A stretch of DNA of 64,000 nucleotides, from assembly GCA_964504155.1 (NCBI GenBank), contig CAZDCZ010000001.1, positions 28,451-92,450 of the forward strand. The letters are read 5' to 3'. This document shows, piece after piece, positions 16,649 through 24,920 of this stretch (within the stretch, counting starts at the first letter, position 1; each line of letters begins with the position of its first letter). The notes under the pieces were generated by a model. That model was not told where the DNA came from. It saw only the letters and a program-made list of their open reading frames with translations, and ran no database searches. A program made the position numbers and the translations under genes. The stretch comes from an uncultured Bacteroidales bacterium (GTDB taxonomy: Bacteria; Bacteroidota; Bacteroidia; Bacteroidales; UBA12077).

Positions 16649-19600
16649 ATGACAAAAAACAATTTAAATAAAAACCAAGTTGAAAGTTTATCGAACAATA
16701 ACTATAATTCTTCTATTTCTGAGCAAAAAAATATAGAATCTAAACTAGAAAAATATAAAGCAATATTCGACAACTCGGCAGAAGGAATTGCATATATCAC
16801 AAACACAGGAAAGATTATAGATGTTAATAAAACATTTATAAATTGTACCGGCCTTTCTATTTTACATAAAGATATAATTGGGAAACATGTATTTTCTATT
16901 GCAAAGCAATTTATAGCAGCAAAAAACATTAACAATACTCTAAAAATTGTAAAACATTTGCTCTCAGGAAAAGACATTGATTCATTTGAGCTTATTACAA
17001 AAAATAAAAAAACACTTAGAATATCCCCCAGATTTATAGAAAAACAGGGAGGAATTGTAATAATAATCAGAGACATAACTGAGACAAAAAAAATAACTAA
17101 AGCACTCCATGAAAGCGAAGAACTCCATAAGAAAATAATACAAAATCAAGGTGAAGGAATGGGAATTGTTAACACAAACGAAATATTTATATATTCCAAT
17201 CCTGCTGCTCATGAAATTTTTGGGGTGCCATTAGGCACACTAAATGGCAGAAATGTGTTTGAATTTTTAGATGAAAAAGGGAAAAAAAAGATACTTAACG
17301 AAACTAAAAAACGAATTTCCGGAAAAAGATCTACATATGAATTTAATATTATACGGCCTGATGGAGAAGAACGAACTATACTATTAACTGCTTCTCCACA
17401 AAGTAATAATAATGGGGAGATAGTAAGCACATTTGGTATATATAGAGATATTACTCAAAGAAGAAAAACAGAAATTGCTTTACAAAATAGTGAAAAAAGC
17501 TTACGTAAAGCACAACAACTCTCTAAAGTAGCTTCTTGGGAAATAGATTTGATTAATAAAAAATTCTCTTGCTCAGATGAATTTTATAATATATACGAAA
17601 TAGAAAAACAAGAGATAAAAAGCAGCACTGAAATAATAAACAAATATGTTCATCCCGATGACAAAAAGTTTTTTAAATTATCGGAAAATCGTATCCCCAA
17701 AAACGAAGATTTAACTTCTATCGAGTTTCGAATTATTACTCCAAACAAAAATACAAAATGGATACACTCTTCTAATCCTGAAATAATATATAAAAATAAA
17801 AAAGCTGTTAAACTAATTGGCATAAACCAAGATATTACAGAAAGAAAAAATGCAGAATTAAAACTTTCGCAAAAAACTACAGAACTTACAGTTTTACTTG
17901 ATTTAATACCTGCTTTTGTTTATTTTAAAGATTTTAATTTAAACTATATTTCGGTAAATAAAGCATTAGCTAAAATATCGAAATATTCAGAAAATGAAAT
18001 ACCCGGAAAAAACGACCTTGGTATTTGGGATAAAGAAACTGCAAAAAAATACAGAGATAACGATAAAAAAATACTTGATATCGGAAAACCAAAATATAAC
18101 ATAATAGAAAAAGTGCAAAGAAAAGATGGGACAACATTCTGGTCGTCTACTTCAAAAGTTCCTTATTATAATAATAAAAATATATTAAAAGGACTGATTG
18201 GTATTACTTGGGATATTTCGGAAATAAAAGGAAACGAAGAAAAATTAAAACAAGCAATTAAAGAAGCTAAAAATGCAAACAGATTAAAAAGTGATTTTCT
18301 TGCTAATATGAGTCACGAAATTCGTACTCCGATGAATGCTATATTAGGCTTCTCCGAAATTCTTAAGAGTAAACTCAGTAACTTTCCTGAATATTCGAGT
18401 TTTATTAACGGAATATATAATAATGGACAGAATCTTCTTCAATTAATAAATGACATTTTGGATTTATCGAAAATTGAAGCCAACAAACTGGAAATACAAA
18501 AAGGTACAGTTAATCTATCTAAAATTATTACAGAATTTAAGAATATTTTTTCTCTACAAATTAAAGAGAAAAAAATAAATTTCAATATTAATATCGACGA
18601 AGATCTTCCTGATGTATTACGACTTGATCAGACACGAATACGGCAAATTTTATTCAATTTAATTGGGAATGCTGTAAAATTTACCAACCAAGGAGAAATA
18701 AGAGTTTCGGTAAAATTTAGGAATAATTTAACATTAGAAAATAAAATTGATTTGTTTTTTGAAATAAAAGACACAGGAATTGGAATTCCAATTGATCAAC
18801 AAAAAGAAATTTTCGAAGCATTTGTTCAACAAGATAGTCAAAGCACACGAAAATACAAAGGCACAGGACTTGGATTAACAATAACAAAACGCTTAGTTGA
18901 AATGATGGATGGAAACATTTCTGTTTCAAGCATCCCTAATGTAGGCTCGTCATTTAAAATATTTTTAAAAAACGTTGACATTCCAAATATTAATTTAAAA
19001 GGAGTAAACAATATTACAGAAAATGTAAATCGAAATATTATTTTCGACAAAGAGACTATTTTACTTGTAGAAGACTCAGAATCGAACAGACAAATAATAA
19101 AACTGTTTCTTTCGGCACACAATTTAAATGTTATTGAAGCAAGGAATGGAAAAATAGCTCTTGATATTGCAAGAAAAATAAAGCCTTCGCTAATACTAAT
19201 GGACATACAAATGCCTGAAATGACAGGAGATATAAGCGCTAAACTTATTAAAGAAAATTCGGAATTAAAATCAATACCAATTATTGCATTAACAGCATAT
19301 ACAATAACAGATCAAATAAATAAATATAAAGATCTTTTCAACTACTACATTCTAAAACCGGTGTCGAAAAATAAATTAATAAGTGTATTAAGTAAATATT
19401 TACCCTATAAAACAACTATTAATAATCAGGAAAATTTAGAATCAATAAATTATCTTGCAGAAATAGAAAAAATACAAAATTTCGATTCTCAATTAATTTA
19501 CGAAATTAAAAGTACGATAATTCCTGTATTTTTAATTGTGTCTAAAGGTATTTCAATTGATGAAATATTAAATTTCTCGAACCAGCTAATTAAATTAGGC

Positions 19601-19738
19601 AAAAAATATAATATTTCTCCATTATTAGATTATGCAAAAGATTTACAGGCTGCAACAAATGAATTTCGTTTTGGAGAAATTGAAACACTACTAAATTTAT
19701 TTAGTAATATCTCGAATGTAATAATAGGGAAAAAATAA
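16649..19738 (+). CDS. Hybrid sensor histidine kinase (multiple PAS domains, HisKA, HATPase, receiver, C-terminal Hpt-like region)
   Basis: H-box SHEIRTPMNAILGFSE. N/G boxes NLIGNAVKFT..DTGIGI..GTGLGL. Receiver ILLVEDSESN..LILMDIQMPEMTG. Several PAS-like repeats lie upstream. Confidence 0.85.
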   Translation: MTKNNLNKNQVESLSNNNYNSSISEQKNIESKLEKYKAIFDNSAEGIAYITNTGKIIDVNKTFINCTGLSILHKDIIGKHVFSIAKQFIAAKNINNTLKIVKHLLSGKDIDSFELITKNKKTLRISPRFIEKQGGIVIIIRDITETKKITKALHESEELHKKIIQNQGEGMGIVNTNEIFIYSNPAAHEIFGVPLGTLNGRNVFEFLDEKGKKKILNETKKRISGKRSTYEFNIIRPDGEERTILLTASPQSNNNGEIVSTFGIYRDITQRRKTEIALQNSEKSLRKAQQLSKVASWEIDLINKKFSCSDEFYNIYEIEKQEIKSSTEIINKYVHPDDKKFFKLSENRIPKNEDLTSIEFRIITPNKNTKWIHSSNPEIIYKNKKAVKLIGINQDITERKNAELKLSQKTTELTVLLDLIPAFVYFKDFNLNYISVNKALAKISKYSENEIPGKNDLGIWDKETAKKYRDNDKKILDIGKPKYNIIEKVQRKDGTTFWSSTSKVPYYNNKNILKGLIGITWDISEIKGNEEKLKQAIKEAKNANRLKSDFLANMSHEIRTPMNAILGFSEILKSKLSNFPEYSSFINGIYNNGQNLLQLINDILDLSKIEANKLEIQKGTVNLSKIITEFKNIFSLQIKEKKINFNINIDEDLPDVLRLDQTRIRQILFNLIGNAVKFTNQGEIRVSVKFRNNLTLENKIDLFFEIKDTGIGIPIDQQKEIFEAFVQQDSQSTRKYKGTGLGLTITKRLVEMMDGNISVSSIPNVGSSFKIFLKNVDIPNINLKGVNNITENVNRNIIFDKETILLVEDSESNRQIIKLFLSAHNLNVIEARNGKIALDIARKIKPSLILMDIQMPEMTGDISAKLIKENSELKSIPIIALTAYTITDQINKYKDLFNYYILKPVSKNKLISVLSKYLPYKTTINNQENLESINYLAEIEKIQNFDSQLIYEIKSTIIPVFLIVSKGISIDEILNFSNQLIKLGKKYNISPLLDYAKDLQAATNEFRFGEIETLLNLFSNISNVIIGKK

Positions 19739-19771
19739 ATAAAAACAAATAAAATTAACTAAATTGATAAT

Positions 19772-20956
19772 ATGAATGCTGAAGAAATACAATTATCTAA
19801 ACCTAATGTATTAATTGTAGATGACACTGAAGAAAACTTGCGTCTATTAAGTAATCACTTATACAATAAAGGAATAAATGTGATTATAGCAAAAGATGGT
19901 AAAACGGCTCTAGAAATAGTTAACACTAAACCTCCGGATTTAATATTGCTAGATATTATGATGCCGGGAATTAATGGATTCAAAGTATGTCAAGAACTTA
20001 AAAAAAACACAAAAACTAAAAATATTCCCATAATATTTCTTACAGCTAAAACCGAAATTAACGATATTGTTAAAGGTTTTACTATTGGGGCAGTTGATTA
20101 TATTACAAAGCCTTTTAATTCTACCGAACTATTATCAAGAGTATTTACTCATATAGAACTTAAAAAATCGAAAGATATAATAAAAATACATAGTGGACAT
20201 GTGGAAGAGTTGAATGCAATACTAAATAAAAAAAATAAACAACTATACAAGCAAAACGAAGAACTAAAAACATTAAACATAACAAAAGATAAATTATTTT
20301 CGATAATTGCACACGACCTTAAAACTCCGTTCAATCAGCTTATTGAAATATCGGAATTAACCCTTATGGATATCGATAATTTAAGCTTATACGATTTAAA
20401 AGAAAATATAAGGCAAATACATTTGGCGTCGCTAAATGGCGAAAACCTTTTACAAAACTTATTAGATTGGGCGAAACATAAATTAGGTTCAATTAAATTC
20501 AATCCTCAAAAAATTATATTGTCGAAAGTTATTAATACTACATTTATTTATCTTAAAGATTTAGCAAACGAAAAAAACATTACACTTGTCTCAAATATAA
20601 AAGAAGATATTACTGTTACCGCCGAAGATGAAATGCTAAATATAATTATTCGCAACCTTATTTCTAATGCAATAAAATTTACAAATACAGGTGGAAGAGT
20701 TGAAATAAGCAATAAAGCAAACAACAATTATCAAATAATTACAATAGAAGATAATGGCATAGGTATTACACCTGAAGATTTAACAAAACTATTCAGAATG
20801 GATGAAAATTACTCAATTGAGGGTACAGCTCAAGAAAAAGGAACCGGAATAGGATTAATAATATGTAAAGAATTTATTAAGAAACATGAAGGGAAAATAT
20901 GGGTAGAAAGTAAATTAGGAGAAGGCAGTAAATTTAAATTTTCGATACCAATATAA
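19772..20956 (+). CDS. Response-regulator receiver fused to a histidine kinase core
   Basis: Receiver LIVDDTEENL..LILLDIMMPGINGF..KP. H-box-like FSIIAHDLKTPFN. HATPase NLISNAIKFT..DNGIGI..GTGIGL. No DNA-binding domain. Confidence 0.85.
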   Translation: MNAEEIQLSKPNVLIVDDTEENLRLLSNHLYNKGINVIIAKDGKTALEIVNTKPPDLILLDIMMPGINGFKVCQELKKNTKTKNIPIIFLTAKTEINDIVKGFTIGAVDYITKPFNSTELLSRVFTHIELKKSKDIIKIHSGHVEELNAILNKKNKQLYKQNEELKTLNITKDKLFSIIAHDLKTPFNQLIEISELTLMDIDNLSLYDLKENIRQIHLASLNGENLLQNLLDWAKHKLGSIKFNPQKIILSKVINTTFIYLKDLANEKNITLVSNIKEDITVTAEDEMLNIIIRNLISNAIKFTNTGGRVEISNKANNNYQIITIEDNGIGITPEDLTKLFRMDENYSIEGTAQEKGTGIGLIICKEFIKKHEGKIWVESKLGEGSKFKFSIPI

Positions 20957-21022
20957 TGACTGTTAATATTTCATTATTAAAAACACATTATTTAATTAAC
21001 TTTATGCAAATCAATAAGTTAT

Positions 21023-21056
21023 AAAAAAAAGGATAGCAAATACTATCCTTTTTAAT
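21023..21056. terminator. Bidirectional rho-independent terminator
   Basis: AAGGATAG / CTATCCTT stem (21029-21036 / 21043-21050), flanked by an A8 run and a T-run. It sits between convergent genes. Confidence 0.7.
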
Positions 21057-21074
21057 TTTCGAATACTCAATTTT

Positions 21075-22865
21075 CTAGTATGATTTTCTCTTTGTATAGT
21101 GAGTATGTAATAACTCGTGAGATTTATGACCAAGAGGCTCGCCCAAGAAATTTTTATAAATTTCTTTAATCTCAGGATTTTCGTGAGATTTACGAATTGG
21201 GAGTCCTTCGTCTTCGGCATAAATAGCATCTGCCCGTTTCTGACGAATTTCAGGAGTTGTAGGTATTGGTTGACCTCCGCCACCAAGACAACCACCGGGA
21301 CATGCCATAATCTCGATAAAGTGCCAATTTCCTTCTCCCGATTTAACGGCATCCATAACTTTTTTAGCATTTGTTAAACCATGAGCCACAACAGTTTTTA
21401 GTTCAACGCCATCAAGAAATTTCCAAGCATCAACAGGATTTTCAATAAGAATTGAAGCTTCCCTTACGCCTTCCATTCCACGTACAGGAGTTATATTAAG
21501 ATTATCGAATGGGACTTCTCGTTCGGTAACAATTTCGTATGCAGTACGCAAAGCTGCTTCCATAACTCCACCTGTAGCACCAAATATAACTCCTGCACCC
21601 GAAGAATTACCCATTAAGCTATCGAACTTACTATCGGACAATGAAAGAAAATCGACCCCTGTTTGCTTAATCATAACAGCTAATTCGCGAGTGGTTAATA
21701 CAAAATCGACATCTTTATATCCACTATCGCGCATTTCGGGTCGATCTGCCTCGTACTTCTTAGCAGTACATGGCATAATAGAAACAGATACTATCTTTGT
21801 AGGATCAAGTTTTTTCTTCTGGGCATAATATGTTTTAGCAAGAGCACCAAACATTTGTTGAGGAGACTTACAGGTAGAAACATTTTCTAAATAGTCGGGA
21901 TAATTATGTTCAATAAATTTAATCCAACCCGGAGAGCAAGATGTAGTCATTGGAAGTTTTATGCTACTATCTTTATCAACCAATGCTTTTTTAAGACGAG
22001 TTAATAATTCAGTACCTTCTTCCATAATAGTTAGGTCGGCAGTAAAATCAGTATCAAGAACTGAATCGAAGCCAATTTTTCTAAGAGCAGTAACCATCTT
22101 ACCTGTAACTCTATTTCCTACATCGAAGCCTAAATCTTCGCCTAAAGCAACACGAACAGCAGGAGCTGTTTGAACAATAACATGAGTATCTTCATCGTAA
22201 ATTGCGTCCCAAACTTGGTCGATATAACTTTTCTCAACTAATGCACCGGTAGGACAGCGATTCACACACTGACCACAACTTGTACAAATAACTTCAATCA
22301 TTGGATTATCGAAGAAAGTAGAAATTTTCATTTTATCGCCTTTATGAGCAACGCCTAAAGCACTAACATGTTGTAATTCGGTACAGGTTCTAACACATCT
22401 CTGACAACGGATACATTTACTATCGTCTTTGATTATAGCTGGAGAAAATCTATCAATAGTATAGTTTTTATCTTCAACAAGATCTAAGAATAAATGTTCA
22501 CCTTTTATCATATCAATTGAGAGATCCTGCAATTCGCAATTCCCATTTTTGTAACATTTAGTACAATCGGCATTATGTTCAGAAAGCAACAATTCAATTA
22601 TATGTCGTCTCGAATTTCTTACTTTAAGACTATTTGTTAATATCTCCATATTGCTAGTAGCAGGAGTAGCACATGACGCAACAAGGTTCTTAACACCTTT
22701 TTGCTCAACAACACAAACTCTACAATTACCTGCAACACATAAATCTTCGTGATAACAAAGAGTAGGAATCTTTATATTTAATTTCTTAGCTGCATCTAAG
22801 ATAGTGCTTCCTTTTTCTACACTAACTTCAATACCGTCTATTTTTAATTTAACTGTATCAGACAT
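21075..22865 (-). CDS. hydA: [FeFe]-hydrogenase catalytic subunit paralog 3, with a TSCSP variant of motif L1
   Basis: Same domain order as paralog 2. MPCTAKKYE and EIMACPGGCLGGGGQP are canonical, but L1 reads TSCSPGW (21930-21944; checked on the DNA as ACA TCT TGC TCT CCG). Confidence 0.92.
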   Translation of the reverse strand: MSDTVKLKIDGIEVSVEKGSTILDAAKKLNIKIPTLCYHEDLCVAGNCRVCVVEQKGVKNLVASCATPATSNMEILTNSLKVRNSRRHIIELLLSEHNADCTKCYKNGNCELQDLSIDMIKGEHLFLDLVEDKNYTIDRFSPAIIKDDSKCIRCQRCVRTCTELQHVSALGVAHKGDKMKISTFFDNPMIEVICTSCGQCVNRCPTGALVEKSYIDQVWDAIYDEDTHVIVQTAPAVRVALGEDLGFDVGNRVTGKMVTALRKIGFDSVLDTDFTADLTIMEEGTELLTRLKKALVDKDSSIKLPMTTSCSPGWIKFIEHNYPDYLENVSTCKSPQQMFGALAKTYYAQKKKLDPTKIVSVSIMPCTAKKYEADRPEMRDSGYKDVDFVLTTRELAVMIKQTGVDFLSLSDSKFDSLMGNSSGAGVIFGATGGVMEAALRTAYEIVTEREVPFDNLNITPVRGMEGVREASILIENPVDAWKFLDGVELKTVVAHGLTNAKKVMDAVKSGEGNWHFIEIMACPGGCLGGGGQPIPTTPEIRQKRADAIYAEDEGLPIRKSHENPEIKEIYKNFLGEPLGHKSHELLHTHYTKRKSY

Positions 22866-22898
22866 ATTATAATTTTTTAAATTTTATATACTTATTTA

Positions 22899-24062
22899 TT
22901 AGTAAATCATTTCTTCTTTAAAGTTTTCAACTATTGAAGAAAATGAATTAGCAACAGACTGTCCTAAACCACATTTAGCAGTAATTTTCATAGTATCTGT
23001 TAACTTTATTAATGTATTAAGATAAGTAGATGGTTTTTCTCCTCTTTTAACAGCTTCGAGACCTTTTCTTAATTGTTGAGTTCCAACTCTGCAAGGAGTA
23101 CATTGTCCACAAGATTCTTCTTCGAAGAACTCTACATAATTTTTAAGCACATTATACATAGATCTAGAACTATTAAAAAGCATCATAGATCCACCGGTAG
23201 GCACACCTTCGAATCCAATAATAGTATCTTTAAATTTCTTTCGAGGAACACAGAATCCTGAAGCACCACCAACCTGAACAGCTTTAGTATCTCCATCGCC
23301 AAATTCGTCAACAAAATCGGAAAGAGTCATCCCAAGTTCGAGTTCATAAATACCAGCTATAGGAGTATCTCCCGAAACAGAAAATAATTTAGAACCTCTT
23401 GAATCATCGGTACCCAATTTTTTAAATTTCTCAGCTCCAATATTATTAATCATAAATGCATAAACAAGAGTTTCTACATTATTAATAACAGTAGGCTTAT
23501 TTCTAAATCCTGCAACAGTTGGATATGGAGGTTTATTTCTTGGTTCTCCTCGTTTTCCTTCCATTGATTCGAATAGTGCGCTTTCTTCACCACAAATATA
23601 AGCTCCGCACCCCATCAATAAATGAATTTCGAAATCGTTTCCAAGCTGTTTAATAAGTATATTAAATTTATCTATTTCATTCTGCAAGTCTTTTTTTAGA
23701 AATTCATATTCGCCACGTAAATAAATATAACCATATTTAGCGCCTATTACTTTAGCACAAATAGCCATTCCTCCGAAAACCTTTTGAGGCACTCGAGTAA
23801 GAATTTCTCTATCTTTAAAAGTTCCGGGTTCGCCTTCATCGGCATTACATACTATATATTTTTCTTTGGGTTTTTCTAATCCGGTATATTTCCATTTTAA
23901 GCCGGTAGGGAAACCAGCTCCTCCTCGACCTTTTAGTCCGGATTCAAGAATTTTTTCTAATATTTTTTCATTTGACAATTTTAATGTTTTAGAAAGAACA
24001 TCTTTACAAGAACAATCTTCACTAAAAATCAGGTCAACTCTTTTAAGTCGTTTATTTGACAT
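22899..24062 (-). CDS. hydB: Short NuoF-like flavoprotein subunit (HydB paralog 3), lacking both terminal Fe-S domains
   Basis: 387 aa. GRGGAGFPTGLKW, CNADEGEPGTF and SCGQCTPCRVG..CGLG are present. There is no N-terminal Trx-like domain and no C-terminal CxxCxxCxxxCP motifs. Confidence 0.9.
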   Translation of the reverse strand: MSNKRLKRVDLIFSEDCSCKDVLSKTLKLSNEKILEKILESGLKGRGGAGFPTGLKWKYTGLEKPKEKYIVCNADEGEPGTFKDREILTRVPQKVFGGMAICAKVIGAKYGYIYLRGEYEFLKKDLQNEIDKFNILIKQLGNDFEIHLLMGCGAYICGEESALFESMEGKRGEPRNKPPYPTVAGFRNKPTVINNVETLVYAFMINNIGAEKFKKLGTDDSRGSKLFSVSGDTPIAGIYELELGMTLSDFVDEFGDGDTKAVQVGGASGFCVPRKKFKDTIIGFEGVPTGGSMMLFNSSRSMYNVLKNYVEFFEEESCGQCTPCRVGTQQLRKGLEAVKRGEKPSTYLNTLIKLTDTMKITAKCGLGQSVANSFSSIVENFKEEMIY

Positions 24063-24085
24063 AATAATAATCTTTAATATGTTAA

Positions 24086-24553
24086 TTATTTATTCTTCAT
24101 ATAATCTCTAATAATCTCAGCAACTTTCTCGGGAGTAAGTTCTGTATATGCTTCATCGTTAATTAGCATAGCCGGACCTTTATGGCACCACCCCAAACAG
24201 TTTGTTTCTAACAAAGAGAACTTTTTATCTTTTGTTGTTTCTCCGATTTTAATTTTTAACAAATCTTCAAGAGTTTCAATAATCTGTTTTTTTCCTTTCA
24301 TATCGCAAGTAATAGTTTTACAGATACGAATTACAAATTTCCCACGAGGTTCTGTATCTAGAAAAGAATAAAATGTAGCAGTTCCATATACTAAAGCTGC
24401 CGACATATCAAGTTCTCTAGCGACTTCTACCATAGCATCTTCAGAAAGATATCTTTTTTCTTTGATGATGCCTTGCAAAATAGGAAGCAAACTTTCTCTT
24501 GTTGTTCCATGTTCTCCTGCTAATTCTTTTACTAAGTCTTTAATTTCTGGCAT
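24086..24553 (-). CDS. hydC: NuoE-like [2Fe-2S] subunit (HydC paralog 3)
   Basis: CKTITCDMKG...CLGWCHKGP motif. It is the first gene of the third operon. Confidence 0.9.
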   Translation of the reverse strand: MPEIKDLVKELAGEHGTTRESLLPILQGIIKEKRYLSEDAMVEVARELDMSAALVYGTATFYSFLDTEPRGKFVIRICKTITCDMKGKKQIIETLEDLLKIKIGETTKDKKFSLLETNCLGWCHKGPAMLINDEAYTELTPEKVAEIIRDYMKNK

Positions 24554-24560
24554 TGTCTTT

Positions 24561-24613
24561 CAATTTTAAGATTTATTTGTTATTTTTTTCACACTGTTAT
24601 TTCCGTAACAGTG
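24561..24613 (-). promoter_or_regulatory. Promoter/operator site 3: CACTGTTA-N6-TAACAGTG palindrome (24592-24613), AAAAATAACAAA block and -7-like box TAAAATTG (24561-24568)
   Basis: Read directly from the sequence. The -7-like box ends 7 nt before the ATG. Confidence 0.55.
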
Positions 24614-24873
24614 CTTTTTGTCATAATTACTTAACTCACAGCTATAAATATCTTATATATAAAATCAAAATACAATGATAAAAATCATAAATAACAAAAG
24701 GAGTATGGGTACACACAACTCAACAAATAAACTTAAACAACTATTTTACAGGATCTTAAGCTAAATTTTCCATATTTATAACTATTATAAATTAAATTCT
24801 GTAAAAACCAGCATAGAAAGAGTATCAATTTTGTTTATTTTTTCAAATAAAAATTTACATTTTGCACGAAAAA

Positions 24874-24900
24874 ATGGGTAAAGCTTTATGCTTTACCCAT
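24874..24900 (-). terminator. Rho-independent terminator of the peptidase gene
   Basis: 11-bp stem ATGGGTAAAGC / GCTTTACCCAT with a 5-nt loop, followed on the minus strand by TTTTTT. Confidence 0.75.
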
Positions 24901-24920
24901 TTCATACAAATATTATTTTA

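Noticed and set aside
21011-21370. 119-aa minus-strand ORF overlapping the 3' end of hydA paralog 3.
   Set aside because: It is in a different frame of the same strand and covers the conserved L3 motif region and the terminator. It has no family resemblance and is an artefact of a long open frame in AT-rich DNA.
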